Shown: positions 1 to 11,391, counted from the stretch's first letter. The stretch is 64,000 nucleotides of DNA from an uncultured Clostridia bacterium (GCA_947653875.1 CANTIK010000010.1:12366-76365), one strand, 5' to 3'. The notes: generated by a model not told the origin, from the letters alone. Numbers and translations are program-made.

Positions 1-125
1 CCGGGGTCCAGATCATAGGAAACCAGCATCTCCCGCAGCCGGTCAATGGCCTCCCATTCGGATTGGGCGTCCACATAGATGTCCTCCAGGGTGCCGCCCA
101 TGTCGAACAAAACAGATGTAATCAT
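1..125 (-). CDS. HAD-family hydrolase, N-terminal part only (gene runs off the left edge)
   Basis: Minus-strand ATG at 125 preceded by GGGGAGG. Translation MITSVLFDMGGTLEDIY carries the HAD motif-I-like DMGGTL. Confidence 0.5.
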   Translation of the reverse strand, partial: MITSVLFDMGGTLEDIYVDAQSEWEAIDRLREMLVSYDLDP

Positions 126-166
126 ATTGACCTCCCCGGCGCTTTTGCGCTCCTGATGAAGGGATT

Positions 167-1120
167 TTATCCCCCTTGCTTCGGAGGCAGGATCGTCCCG
201 TCCTCCTCAATGGTAAATTTCACGGAAGTCCAGCGCTCCGCCGCCCTTCCGGGCAGCCGGAAGCTGTCGGTGAACCATACCCGGCTCCCCTGCTCCTCCA
301 GCAGCGCCACCGTGCGCAGGGAGGGCCGGTCCTTCCGGGCGATATACGCTGACGAACAGGAAATAACCGCATGGGCAGGCCTCAGCCGCCTCACCAGTTC
401 CGGCGTGACCGCCTTGGCGTCCCCATGGTGGGGCACTTTGAAAATGTCGCAGGGCGTGGCGCGATCCTCCCAGACCGCACCGTAGCAGTCTCCGGCCAGC
501 TGGATACGCCGCCCGGCGTACCGCAGGCACACCCGCAGCGAACCCGGGTTGCGGAACTTGGAGGACCACCAGACCCTGTCCGGGTCCGCCGTCCCCCCGG
601 CCAGCAGCTCCGTCCATACCTGCCGTTGGCGGGCAGCGGCGGACCGGCCGTCACAGACCAGCTCCGCCTCCAGCCGGGGCGTAAAGGGCAGGACCGCCGT
701 ATCCTCCACCTGACACAGGCGGCAGCTGTGGGCCGTCAGCTTTTCGGTGCAGGACGCCCACCGCTCCAGGCAGTCCATCAGCCCTCTCACGGTTTTTTCC
801 TCCGCCCCCGTCCGGGTTATAGACGCAACGGGCAGACAGGGGAAAAAACCGGAGTACACGGTCCCGATGGAAACCTTCTCCGCCAGAGCGGCGGTCCCGC
901 CGAAGTGGTCCTCGTGAAGATGGGTCACCACCAGGGCATCCAGCCCGGTGATCCCCAGCTCCGTCAGATACTCCGCCGCCGTGCAACGCAGGGAGCCGGG
1001 CTCTCCGCCCACGTCCTCCCTGCCGGTATCCACCAGCATCCGGAAGGCGCTTCCTTCCCGCAGCTCCTCCACGAGAATGGCATCGCCGTCGCCTACGTTG
1101 ATAAAATGCAGTCTCAGCAC
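167..1120 (-). CDS. MBL-fold metallo-hydrolase (ComEC C-terminal-like)
   Basis: 317 aa ORF. FINVGDGDA and THLHEDHFGG metallo-beta-lactamase motifs. Confidence 0.8.
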   Translation of the reverse strand: MLRLHFINVGDGDAILVEELREGSAFRMLVDTGREDVGGEPGSLRCTAAEYLTELGITGLDALVVTHLHEDHFGGTAALAEKVSIGTVYSGFFPCLPVASITRTGAEEKTVRGLMDCLERWASCTEKLTAHSCRLCQVEDTAVLPFTPRLEAELVCDGRSAAARQRQVWTELLAGGTADPDRVWWSSKFRNPGSLRVCLRYAGRRIQLAGDCYGAVWEDRATPCDIFKVPHHGDAKAVTPELVRRLRPAHAVISCSSAYIARKDRPSLRTVALLEEQGSRVWFTDSFRLPGRAAERWTSVKFTIEEDGTILPPKQGG

Positions 1121-1124
1121 GGCC

Positions 1125-1706
1125 TCACCTGCGCTGGGTGAATTTCTTCCAGGGCTGGTCCTCCTCCCGCTTCGGCGGCACGTAGTCCCGCCGGTACAGG
1201 AAGTAGGAGACGATCAGCCCCAAAGCCACCGGGATGGCGGCAAACCACGCAAAGAAATGCAGGAACGCAGCAAAAGCCTCCCAGTCTCCCAGCATAAATA
1301 TCATAGACACGCTCACCAGCAGGATGTAGCCGACCAGCCACAGGTAGGTCCCCAGCATCAGCCGCTTCTCAGAGAAGATCCGGTGCAGGATCAGCGCTGC
1401 CAGCACCCCCACCACTCCGGCGGCCAGGGACTGTACCAGGTTTCCGGCAAACACCGGCCACTCCGCCGTTACCGGCGACAGCCAGTTGATAATCAGATTG
1501 AACGCGCCGATATACAGCAGCACGAACACGATGCTCAGACAGAAGGTATACACCATCAGGCCGCTCTTGGGCTTGCCGTCCTCGGTGAACAGGAAGGCCT
1601 TCCAGAAGCTCTTCTCCCGTTTGGCCCACTTTTCCTTCCGCTCCTTCTTCTGCCGTTCCCGCTCCGCGTCCTCGATCTGACGCTCAAAATCATTGTTGTA
1701 ATCCAT
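1125..1706 (-). CDS. Membrane protein of unknown function
   Basis: Start moved to internal ATG (MDYNNDF) with AAGGAGG upstream. Charged N-terminus followed by about 4 hydrophobic helices. Confidence 0.6.
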   Translation of the reverse strand: MDYNNDFERQIEDAERERQKKERKEKWAKREKSFWKAFLFTEDGKPKSGLMVYTFCLSIVFVLLYIGAFNLIINWLSPVTAEWPVFAGNLVQSLAAGVVGVLAALILHRIFSEKRLMLGTYLWLVGYILLVSVSMIFMLGDWEAFAAFLHFFAWFAAIPVALGLIVSYFLYRRDYVPPKREEDQPWKKFTQRR

Positions 1707-1838
1707 TGCAGCCTCCTTTGTTTCAGCCCTGCCTGTAAAAAACGCCCCGCGCGGCAGGTATGCGCCTGCCGCGCAGGGCTTCTGTTCAGCGTTCAGTATA
1801 CGCCGGGCCAGGACAAAGGTCAAGGCCGCAGGGGGAAA

Positions 1839-3167
1839 TTACTTGGTGTAGGGGCTGACGCTCAGCCAGTAGGTCCACAGGTCCTGGGTGGAGCCGAAAG
1901 TGTCGTTGATGGCAGCCAGATCCGGCTCGATGGCGCCGCACTCCTGGAGGCTCACGGGGTTCCAATCGCCTGCCACATCGTCACGGACGGGCCAGTTGCC
2001 TTCCTTGGAGAAGGGCTTCAGACCGCCGCTCTGGCCGTCCACGCCGCCGGTGATCCAGCGGATGAACAGACGGGCCGCTGCGGGGTGACGGCAGCCGTTG
2101 ACCACGTACATGTACTCGCAGTTCTCCAGGCCGGTGTAGGGAGTCAGGTTGGTCAGCCACGCGATGTTGAAGCCGGACTCGTCGCGGTTGCCGATCTTGC
2201 CGCCGGAGGCCAGGCACAGGGCAGGATCGTCCTTAGTGGAGTTATGGACCGCCTGCACCAGCTCGTCGCCGTCACCGATGAAGGTCATCTGCATCTGGGA
2301 GAAGCGCCACATGTACTCCAGACCGGCGTTGTTCTCAGGCACCTCGAACTCGAAGCCGCTACCGTCATAGGTGTACTCCAGAGGCTCGCCGTACAGGTCC
2401 TCATAGGCCTGCTCCATCTGGTCGGCGTTGACCACGAAGCTGGCGAACAGGGACAGGTAGGAGGTCTCGGTGCCGATCTCCTTGGTAAACAGGCGGTACT
2501 TCTGGGAGCCGTCCTCGTTCTTCTCGATGATCTGCCACCAGCTGGTCACGGGCTGCTCATCGGGGAAGGCTTCGGTGTTGTAGTACCAGAAGCTCTGGGA
2601 GGCGTACAGGGGATAGCCGTAGCGCAGCAGGTCCTCGTCCACCTTGGCGGAGAGGTCGCGGGGATAGAAGGCGGACATGTAGCCCGCTTCGTAGTAGTCA
2701 AAGAAGACGTTGCCGTTGACATCCTTGGCCTGAAGGACATCGCCGAAGATGTTGCCGGAGTCGGCTTCCAGCACGCACTTCTCCAGGACTTCGTCCTGGT
2801 CCATGTCCATGATGACCACGTCCAGACCGGGGTAGGCGGCTTCAAAATCGTCCTCCGCCTTCATCATCTTGGAGGAGGTGGCGTAGATGTTGATCTCGGG
2901 GTACTCCTTGACCTCCTCCAGAGCCTTCTGATACAGCTCGTCGTCGGTCATATCGCTCCACTCGTCATAGATGGGGCCGAAGAACTCGGAGTCCTCCACC
3001 TTCTCGGGCTTATCCTCGCCGGGATCCTTGTCGTCGCCGCCCTTGTTGTCGCTCTGACCGGGCGTGCTGTCGTCAGGCTGCTTGTCGTCATTGCCGCCGC
3101 CGCAGGCTGCCAGGCTCAGCAGCATGGTCAGGGCCAGCAGGAGGGCTAAGAGCTTGCTCTTTTTCAT
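1839..3167 (-). CDS. ABC transporter substrate-binding lipoprotein (family-1 SBP, Fe3+/polyamine/thiamine type)
   Basis: Signal peptide with lipobox LSLAAC. 442 aa. Last gene of the permease-ATPase-SBP operon. Confidence 0.8.
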   Translation of the reverse strand: MKKSKLLALLLALTMLLSLAACGGGNDDKQPDDSTPGQSDNKGGDDKDPGEDKPEKVEDSEFFGPIYDEWSDMTDDELYQKALEEVKEYPEINIYATSSKMMKAEDDFEAAYPGLDVVIMDMDQDEVLEKCVLEADSGNIFGDVLQAKDVNGNVFFDYYEAGYMSAFYPRDLSAKVDEDLLRYGYPLYASQSFWYYNTEAFPDEQPVTSWWQIIEKNEDGSQKYRLFTKEIGTETSYLSLFASFVVNADQMEQAYEDLYGEPLEYTYDGSGFEFEVPENNAGLEYMWRFSQMQMTFIGDGDELVQAVHNSTKDDPALCLASGGKIGNRDESGFNIAWLTNLTPYTGLENCEYMYVVNGCRHPAAARLFIRWITGGVDGQSGGLKPFSKEGNWPVRDDVAGDWNPVSLQECGAIEPDLAAINDTFGSTQDLWTYWLSVSPYTK

Positions 3168-3272
3168 AGTGATCCAATTCTCCTTTCAAAATACAAGTGA
3201 ACAGGTTGATTTGGGACATCCTATTTCCTCGCCGTCCCTTTTGTCTGTGGCGGCGGCGTCAGAAACCCGCGC

Positions 3273-4391
<1,119 letters not shown>

Positions 4392-4428
4392 TGTGTCAAC
4401 CTTTCCTTTCTATTTGTTCCGTCCCGGG

Positions 4429-6249
4429 TCACCATGCCTTGCCGATATCCGCGCCGAAGCGGTTGGCAATAATGTAGCACACTAAGATAAACAACAGCAC
4501 ACACACGGAAATGGCGTCAGCCATCTGGTTATAGCCCTCCTGAGAGTAGGTAAAGGCCAGGTAGGACATGGTCTGGGTATGCTTATCCATCATGATGATG
4601 ATGAGGTCAAGCTCCTTGGCAATACTGATGAAGGTCAGCATGAAGCCGGAGATGAAGCCGTTCTTTGCCAGAGGCAGGACGATCTTGCCCATCCGCTGCC
4701 AGAAGTTGGCGCCGTTGATGTCGGCGGCCTCCTCCAGCTCCACGGCGATCTGCATCATGTTTGCGGTACCGGACCGGCTGGCGAAGGGGAAGTGCTTGAC
4801 CACGCTGGTCAGAACGATCAGGGTGAAGGTGCCGTACAGGGAGGGAATCAGCCCGCCCAGACGGGGCTGGGAGAACATGGCCACGTACATGGAGGAGAAG
4901 GCCACGCCGCTCATCAGGTAGGGCACGAACACCAGCTGCTCCGTGGCGGAGCCGTACCATTTGCCGCGGCCGCGGGTGGAGATGTAGCCCAGGAACTGTC
5001 CGCACAGGGCGGTGATGATGGAGCCGATGAAGGTCAGGCGGACGGTGTTCCACACGGCCTTGCCGAACTCCGCGTTGCGGAAGATGCCCTCCATGCTGGT
5101 GTAGGTCTGGGCCTCGTCCAGGGTGCCGATCCAGTTGTAGAGGGTCAGGTTGTTCAGTCCGTAGCCGTTGCCGGTGGTGACCTGGAAGGTCTCCATGACC
5201 AGCACGAACATGGGCGCCACCATGGCGAAGAACAGGAAGACCACCAGGAAGCACATCAGGGGGATCTTGGCTCCGCCCAGGTGCATCTCATTGGACCGGC
5301 CGCCCTTGCCGCCGATGGTGGCGTAGGACTTGCGCACGCCGATGATCCGCTGGTTGGAGAAGATGATGAGTGCCGCCAGGCTGATGAGAACCAGACTCAT
5401 GGCGAAGCCTACGCCCTGAGGACCGCCGTTGATGAAGGTCTTCATCTTGGTAGCCAGGGTGAAGTAACCGATACGGGAGCCCAGGTTGGCCGCCACGCCG
5501 TAAGTACCGATGGACTTGCTGAGGGTCATGACCAGGGCGGACAGGATGCTGGGCAGCACCAGGGGCAGGGTGATGGATTTCAGGATCTGCACCTTGTTGG
5601 CGCCGCAGATCTCGCCCATCTCCTCCAGCTCCGAGTTGATGGAGCGCAGGGCGGAGGAGACATGTATGTACGAGAACGCGTAGTAGTGCAGGCTCATACA
5701 AAGGACGATGGCCACGGGGCCGTAGGCCAGCCAGTCGGGAATGGGGATGCCCATGCCGGCCAGGAAGCCCAGGGAGCCGGAGGTCTTGTTCCGGAACACC
5801 GCCAGCCAGGCCAGAGCCTTACACCAGGAGGGGATCATATAAGGAATGACCACCAGCATGCCCAGCAGCTTCTTCCCCGGAATATCCGAGCGGACCATCA
5901 GCCAGCCCAGAATGGAGCCCAGAGGCACCGACACGATGACCGTGAAGAAGCCCACCACCAGGGAGTTTTTCAGCGGGCCCCACAGCGTCGCGCCGGACAG
6001 CTTGCCCACCAGGATGTAACGCCAATAATACAGGGTGAAATCGCCCACCTCGCCGCCGTAGCGCTTGGCCTCCGCGCGGGCCAGGGTAAAGGTGGAGGCG
6101 ATCATCTGGAGCAGGGGGATCACAATCAGGCAGAACAGGATAACCAGGCTGATCGCCACGATCATATTGAACGGGTTCTTTACCACGTTCAGGATCTGAT
6201 TTTTGAGTCGGGTCTTGTTGAACGGACGGCGTTCTCTCTTCCTTTTCAC
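4429..6249 (-). CDS. ABC transporter permease, duplicated (two fused TMD halves, FbpB/ThiP-like)
   Basis: 606 aa, GTG start with AAAGGAG. About 12 TM segments. Typical of the iron(III)/thiamine importer family. Confidence 0.85.
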   Translation of the reverse strand: MKRKRERRPFNKTRLKNQILNVVKNPFNMIVAISLVILFCLIVIPLLQMIASTFTLARAEAKRYGGEVGDFTLYYWRYILVGKLSGATLWGPLKNSLVVGFFTVIVSVPLGSILGWLMVRSDIPGKKLLGMLVVIPYMIPSWCKALAWLAVFRNKTSGSLGFLAGMGIPIPDWLAYGPVAIVLCMSLHYYAFSYIHVSSALRSINSELEEMGEICGANKVQILKSITLPLVLPSILSALVMTLSKSIGTYGVAANLGSRIGYFTLATKMKTFINGGPQGVGFAMSLVLISLAALIIFSNQRIIGVRKSYATIGGKGGRSNEMHLGGAKIPLMCFLVVFLFFAMVAPMFVLVMETFQVTTGNGYGLNNLTLYNWIGTLDEAQTYTSMEGIFRNAEFGKAVWNTVRLTFIGSIITALCGQFLGYISTRGRGKWYGSATEQLVFVPYLMSGVAFSSMYVAMFSQPRLGGLIPSLYGTFTLIVLTSVVKHFPFASRSGTANMMQIAVELEEAADINGANFWQRMGKIVLPLAKNGFISGFMLTFISIAKELDLIIIMMDKHTQTMSYLAFTYSQEGYNQMADAISVCVLLFILVCYIIANRFGADIGKAW

Positions 6250-6384
6250 ATCGTTGCTCCTTTCGTCATTTCAAAATACGCCAATCAAACCGCGCCCCTG
6301 GAGAGCGCCTCGGGACGCGCGAATATTTTTTCTTCAACTCCCACCTTTCTTCGAACACGTTTCCGATATTTGATTTCTATAGTG

Positions 6385-6413
6385 ATTATAGCAAAATCGG
6401 TAATTATCGTCAA
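6385..6413 (-). promoter_or_regulatory. Sigma-A-type promoter of the ABC importer operon
   Basis: Minus strand reads TTGACG, 17 nt spacer, TATAAT, about 135 nt upstream of the GTG start. Confidence 0.5.
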
Positions 6414-6961
6414 TTACTTTACAGGCAAAAAACGATTTTTCGCTGTTTTGTCCATTTCAATCCATCCAATCTTGTTGGAATTCACAATTTCTTCATATCT
6501 GTGCGAAATTTTCTGCCTGCTTTCATGCACTCTTTTTCAACTTATGCAAATGTTTCCGTAAAATATTCGAAATCAGCCGGGTTTTATCCTTGCACGCGTT
6601 TGAGGCTGCGCAGAGCAAAAGAACCCGGAGTATGGCCGCCGAACGGATAATACGTGGGAAGCTGCTATATATTATCGGCAAATTTTGGCGCACTTTTTAG
6701 TAGTTCTACCAATAGGTGACGGTATGCAAATTGGCGAGAAAAATTTTTTGCCTGGCAAGGAAGAAACTCGCAGGAATCCTGACGGATTTCAAGAGTTTCT
6801 GACGCAGCCAGACGAAAAATTTTCCGTCAAGATGCGTGCCGGCGCCTATTGGTACAGCTTCTTAACGTCCGGACACTCCCCAAGAAGAAAAAGGGATTGT
6901 AATTTCCTCCCGGATGATATATACTAAAGAGGCGTACCAGATTTTTTGAGGAGGTCTACCC

Positions 6962-7159
6962 ATGAAGAGTTCTAGTACATGGCGCTTCGTGCTGAAAATC
7001 GTCGGGTTGTCTCTGGCCGCGGCGGGGCTGATCTGCCTGCTGGTCGGCTTCTGGGACAAGCTGGCGGAGGATGCCGCCGCAGTGAAGAGCAAGCTGTCCG
7101 GGAAGTGCGGCTGCTGCTCCGAGTTCGACGATTTTGACGACGATCTGCTGTGCGAGTAA
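6962..7159 (+). CDS. Small membrane protein with Cys-rich acidic tail
   Basis: 65 aa, GAGGAGG RBS, one TM helix, followed by a strong terminator. Confidence 0.5.
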   Translation: MKSSSTWRFVLKIVGLSLAAAGLICLLVGFWDKLAEDAAAVKSKLSGKCGCCSEFDDFDDDLLCE

Positions 7160-7185
7160 CCCCGGGCTGCCATAAGCGTATAGGG

Positions 7186-7226
7186 AAAGCCGCGTCTCCG
7201 GTGATTTGCCGGAGACGCGGCTTTTT
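7186..7226. terminator. Bidirectional intrinsic terminator
   Basis: 16 bp stem AAAGCCGCGTCTCCGG/CCGGAGACGCGGCTTT flanked by A and T runs, between convergent genes. Confidence 0.65.
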
Positions 7227-7227
7227 G

Positions 7228-7746
7228 TCAGTATTCGATCCCTTCCCGGGCGGGGACGCCCTTGTCGAATGGGTGCTTGACTGGTTTCATCTCGGTCAGG
7301 TAGTCCGCGCGGTCCCGGAGGGCCTGGGAGGGGCCCCGGCCGGTGAGGACGATCTCCAGAGGCTCCGGCCTGCCGTCCAGGAGGGACAGGAGGCGGTACT
7401 CGTCCAGCAGTCCGGCGGTGCAGGCCCCCAGGACTTCGTCCAGAATGAGCAGGTCGAAGTCTCCCGCGCGGCAAAAAGCGTCATCCAGAAGGGAGGTGTA
7501 ATAGGCGGCGGCCGCCTGCTTCTCCTCCGGGGTGAGGGTCCAGGTGAAGCCGAAGGTTCTGGTCTGGGGGACGGCCTCGATCCCCGGGACATGGGACAGG
7601 GCGGCAAACTCGGAGCTTTTGCCGTCCTTCAGGAACTGGAGGATCAAAACCTTTCGTCCGCTGCCCGCGCAGCGGACGGCGAGGCCTATGGCGGCGGTGG
7701 TCTTGCCCTTGCCCTCGCCGCAGTAGATGTGGATGAGTCCCGGCAT
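7228..7746 (-). CDS. cobO: Cob(I)yrinic acid a,c-diamide adenosyltransferase
   Basis: 172 aa. P-loop GEGKGKTTAA and overall CobO/BtuR-like sequence. Confidence 0.8.
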   Translation of the reverse strand: MPGLIHIYCGEGKGKTTAAIGLAVRCAGSGRKVLILQFLKDGKSSEFAALSHVPGIEAVPQTRTFGFTWTLTPEEKQAAAAYYTSLLDDAFCRAGDFDLLILDEVLGACTAGLLDEYRLLSLLDGRPEPLEIVLTGRGPSQALRDRADYLTEMKPVKHPFDKGVPAREGIEY

Positions 7747-7751
7747 TCTTT

Positions 7752-8228
7752 CTACTCCTTTTTCAGCTTCACGGGGATGAACGCCTCCATCTGGGCCCAG
7801 CCCTGGGCGGCGATGACCTCCGGCGGCGTGATGATGTGGCCCATGGAGAGGTGGCCGGGGCGGACGTCCGGCTCCAGGACGGGGGAGGCCTCGATACAGG
7901 CGGCGGCTTCCTGGTAGAGCTTGGCGTTGGCCTCCTGGTCGCCGTCCCGGTAGGTGTAGGTCACATAGCAGCCGCCCTCGCAGTCCACTTCCTCATACCC
8001 GCCGCTATCCATCCCCTCGCTGAGAGCATAGAGCCAGACCACGCCGCCGGTCTCAACGTCAAAGCACAGGAAGTCCCGGGGCATGAAGCTGTCGCGGGGG
8101 CTGGGGGTGATGGCGGAAAACCAGGCGTTGAACTTTCCCAGAGCGCCCTCGGGGGAGAAGTCGAAGTCCCGGATCAGGCCCGAGGACGCCGCGCGGAAGG
8201 GCGGCAGGGAGATGATACGAAAGTCCAT
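7752..8228 (-). CDS. GyrI-like/AraC effector-binding-domain protein
   Basis: Start trimmed to MDFRII (the upstream part of the ORF is the shadow of cls). About 158 aa, small-molecule-binding-like fold by sequence feel. Confidence 0.5.
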   Translation of the reverse strand: MDFRIISLPPFRAASSGLIRDFDFSPEGALGKFNAWFSAITPSPRDSFMPRDFLCFDVETGGVVWLYALSEGMDSGGYEEVDCEGGCYVTYTYRDGDQEANAKLYQEAAACIEASPVLEPDVRPGHLSMGHIITPPEVIAAQGWAQMEAFIPVKLKKE

Positions 8229-8262
8229 ATGTGCTGTACTCCTTTTTTGTTGTTGGGGGGCT

Positions 8263-9816
8263 TTACATCCAGATGGAGAACACCCGCAGCACCTTCTCCA
8301 GCGCTTTTTTGAACCAGGAGCGCCTGGCCCAGCCCTCGGGGTCCACCGGACTGGTGCGGGACTGGATATCCTCCATGTCCCGCACCACGTCCGCGATGAC
8401 CTGCGCGCCGTAGAAGGCAACGCCGCACTCGTAATGGAGCTGGAAGCTGCGGTAGTCCATGTTGATGGTGCCCAGCAGGGCCAGCTCGCCGTCGGCCACA
8501 AGGCTCTTGGTGTGGAGGAAGCCGGGAGTGAACTCGTAAATTTTGACCCCGTGGCGCAGGAGGCGCTCGTAGTAGGACCCGGCGACGATCTGGGTGTATT
8601 TGTGGTCCGGGATGCCCGGCAGCATCAGGCGCACGTCCACGCCGCTGCCGGCGGCCATGCACAGGGCGCGGACCATGCTGTCCTCCACCGCGAAATAGGG
8701 GGTGGTGAGCCACAGGGAGCGGTGGGCGTTGGCAATGCACTGGAGGTACATGTCCTCCGCCGGGTTGTCCGGGTTGTTCATGGGGCCGTCTCCGAAGGGC
8801 TGGCACCAGCCGGCGGCCTCCCGCTCGTACATGGGACGGTAGTAGTCATGCTCGTTGTGAGGCCGTTCCCCCAGCATCTCCCACATATGGAGGAACTGGG
8901 CGGTGAGACCCCAGGCGCCGGGGCCGTCCAGCAGCACGCCGCCGTCCTTCCACTCACCGAAGCGGCGGAGATAGCCCACGTACTCGTCGGCCACGTTCAC
9001 TCCGCCGGTGTAGGCGTACTGGCCGTCCACGCACAGGATCTTCCGGTGGTCCCGGTAGTTGAAGTAGAGGCGGTTCACGTACTGGTGGACGGGGTTGAAG
9101 ACGCAGACCTCCATGCCCTCCGCACGCATGGCCTCGATGGTCTCGCCCCGCATACGGGTGATGTTGCCGAAGTCGTCGAAGATGATCTTGATCTCCACGC
9201 CCCGCCGGGCCCGGTCCGTGAGGACGGCCTGTATCCGGTCCCACAGCCGGCCCTCCGCCAGGATGAAATACTCCAGAAAGATGAACCGCTCCGCTTTCTC
9301 CATGCGCCGGATGGCGTCCTCAAAAAAGGCCGCGCCGGTGGGGAAATAAGTGGAGGCGGTGTCGCGGTACAGGAGGAAGCCCCGGCAGGTCAGAAGGCGG
9401 GATGCCCGCTGCCAGTTGGGCAGCTCCCGGCCCAGCCTCTCCTGACTGGCGCCGGACTGGCGCAGCTCTATGCTCCGGCTGCCCGGAGGCGGGAGAGGCA
9501 GGAGATTCAGCTTCTTGCTCTGAACGTTGCCTCCCCAGAGGACATACAGCACCATGCCCGCCACCGGCAGGGCCACCACCAGCAGGGTCCAGGCCAGCTT
9601 GTAGCTGCCGCTGGAGGCGCTGGACTGGATGTTCACCGCCACGCCGATGGCAATCAGCTCCAGCAGGGCGAAGAAGATGAAGGCGTGGGATTGGAGGAAA
9701 TAGGTCAATATCACCACGGAGGCGATGTTGAGCAGCAGCAGGAACAGCACCAGGGCGATGCGCAGGGAGGCGGAAATCCTTCGTTCTGTTGTCTGTTTGA
9801 TGGTCTGTTTTTTCAC
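8263..9816 (-). CDS. cls: Cardiolipin synthase
   Basis: 517 aa. Two N-terminal TM helices and two PLD HxK(x)4D motifs (HRKILCVD, HTKSLVAD). Confidence 0.9.
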   Translation of the reverse strand: MKKQTIKQTTERRISASLRIALVLFLLLLNIASVVILTYFLQSHAFIFFALLELIAIGVAVNIQSSASSGSYKLAWTLLVVALPVAGMVLYVLWGGNVQSKKLNLLPLPPPGSRSIELRQSGASQERLGRELPNWQRASRLLTCRGFLLYRDTASTYFPTGAAFFEDAIRRMEKAERFIFLEYFILAEGRLWDRIQAVLTDRARRGVEIKIIFDDFGNITRMRGETIEAMRAEGMEVCVFNPVHQYVNRLYFNYRDHRKILCVDGQYAYTGGVNVADEYVGYLRRFGEWKDGGVLLDGPGAWGLTAQFLHMWEMLGERPHNEHDYYRPMYEREAAGWCQPFGDGPMNNPDNPAEDMYLQCIANAHRSLWLTTPYFAVEDSMVRALCMAAGSGVDVRLMLPGIPDHKYTQIVAGSYYERLLRHGVKIYEFTPGFLHTKSLVADGELALLGTINMDYRSFQLHYECGVAFYGAQVIADVVRDMEDIQSRTSPVDPEGWARRSWFKKALEKVLRVFSIWM

Positions 9817-9846
9817 AGTTCCGCTCCTTTTCCGCCGCAGCGGTCA

Positions 9847-11295
9847 TTATCCGTTCTTTTCCAGCAGGCCGTGCTTCACGTCCCACAGCTTCTGGGAAAG
9901 GTCCACGTAGTATTTATGGGGGTTGTCAAAGCGCTTGACCTCATCCCAGAGGGTATCCACCTGCTCCAGACAGTACCGGCGGATCTCCGGCAGGGAGGGG
10001 AGGCTGTAGACCAGCTGGCCGGACCGGAAGACGGGGACCTGCAGCTCCTTGGCGGTGAAATCGTAGACCTCCTTTTTCTTCCAGGTGGCGTCGGGGTCGA
10101 AGATCACCAGCGGGCGGCTGTCGTCCACGGTCTCGTCGTGGATGGTCAGGTAGTCGGCGATGGCCTTGCCGGTATCGTTGCCGAAGAAGCGGTAGAGCTT
10201 CTTGTAGTGGGGGGTGGTGATCTTGGCCACGTTCTCGCTGATCTTGATCTTGGGGGTGATATTGCCGCCCTCGTCCTCCACAGCCACCAGCTTGTAGACG
10301 CCGCCGAACACCGGCTCGCTGCGGGCGGTGATGAGGCGCTCGCCCACGCCGAAGGCGTCGATCTTGGCCCCCTGAAGGAGGAGGTTCCGGATCAGCTTCT
10401 CGTCCAGAGAGTTGGAGGCGGAGATGGTGCAGGTTTCCCACCCGGCGGCGTCCAGCAGCTTCCGGGCCTCCTTGGTCAGGTAGGCGATGTCCCCGGAGTC
10501 CAGGCGGATGCCGCATTTGGTGATGCCCCTGGGGCGCAGGACCTCGTTGAAGGCCCGGATGGCGTCGGGGACGCCGCTTTTCAGGGTGTTGTAGGTGTCC
10601 ACCAGCAGCACAGCGTTGGTGGGGTAGATCTCGCAGTAGGTCCGGAAGGCCTCGTACTGGGTGTCGAACATCTGGACCCAGGAGTGGGCCATGGTCCCGG
10701 CGGCGGGGACGCCGTAGAGCTGGTCGCTGATGGCGCAGGCCGTGCCGTGGACGCCGCCGATATAGGCCGCCCGTGCGCCCACCACCGCGCCGTCCACCCC
10801 CTGGGCCCGGCGGGAGCCGAACTCCAGAACGGTGCGGCCCTGGGCGGCGCGGACCACCCGGTTGGCCTTGGTGGCGATGAGGGACTGGTGGTTGATCGCC
10901 AGCAGGGCGTAGGTCTCGATGAGCTGGGCCTGGGAGGCGGGGGCGCGGACGGTGACCAGAGGCTCCCCGGGGAAGACCGGGGTGCCCTCGGGGACCGCCC
11001 AGATGTCGCCGGTGAACTGGAAGTTCCGGAGGTAGTCCAGAAAGTCCTCCTGGAAGAGGTTCTTGCCGCGGAGGTAGGCGATGTCCTCCTCGTCAAAGTG
11101 GAGATCCCGGATGTAATCCACCAGCTGCTCCAGACCGGCTGCGATGGCAAAGCCGCCGCCGTCGGGCACCCGGCGGAAAAAGACGTCGAAATAGGTGATG
11201 CGCTCCTGCATCCCCTGTCGGAAATAACCGTTGGCCATGGTCATCTCATAAAAGTCAAACAGCATGGAGAGATTGAGCGGTTGGTTGCGTTCCAT
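9847..11295 (-). CDS. pncB: Nicotinate phosphoribosyltransferase
   Basis: 482 aa, N-terminus LFDFYEMTMANGYF, typical NAPRTase. Confidence 0.9.
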   Translation of the reverse strand: MERNQPLNLSMLFDFYEMTMANGYFRQGMQERITYFDVFFRRVPDGGGFAIAAGLEQLVDYIRDLHFDEEDIAYLRGKNLFQEDFLDYLRNFQFTGDIWAVPEGTPVFPGEPLVTVRAPASQAQLIETYALLAINHQSLIATKANRVVRAAQGRTVLEFGSRRAQGVDGAVVGARAAYIGGVHGTACAISDQLYGVPAAGTMAHSWVQMFDTQYEAFRTYCEIYPTNAVLLVDTYNTLKSGVPDAIRAFNEVLRPRGITKCGIRLDSGDIAYLTKEARKLLDAAGWETCTISASNSLDEKLIRNLLLQGAKIDAFGVGERLITARSEPVFGGVYKLVAVEDEGGNITPKIKISENVAKITTPHYKKLYRFFGNDTGKAIADYLTIHDETVDDSRPLVIFDPDATWKKKEVYDFTAKELQVPVFRSGQLVYSLPSLPEIRRYCLEQVDTLWDEVKRFDNPHKYYVDLSQKLWDVKHGLLEKNG

Positions 11296-11391
11296 AGCGT
11301 GCGCTCCTCGATTTCTGTACAGAATGGACGGGCGGTCCTGGGCCCGTCCCCTATATAGTATATCTTTTTCGGCGGATTTGCAACGATGGAA

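Noticed and set aside
948-3149. 733 aa plus-strand ORF
   Set aside because: It is antisense to the MBL hydrolase, membrane-protein and SBP genes. The translation is low-complexity and Gly/Val/Leu/Gln-rich, typical of shadow ORFs in high-GC DNA. There is no RBS, and the opposite strand has clear homology-like motifs.
6685-6927. 80 aa plus-strand ORF in the AT-rich intergenic region
   Set aside because: It has no RBS and odd composition. It contains the 39 nt noncoding motif, so it is likely spurious.
8083-11358. 1091 aa plus-strand ORF
   Set aside because: It is the shadow of cls and pncB on the opposite strand. The composition is Gly/Ala/Val/His-rich with no motifs.
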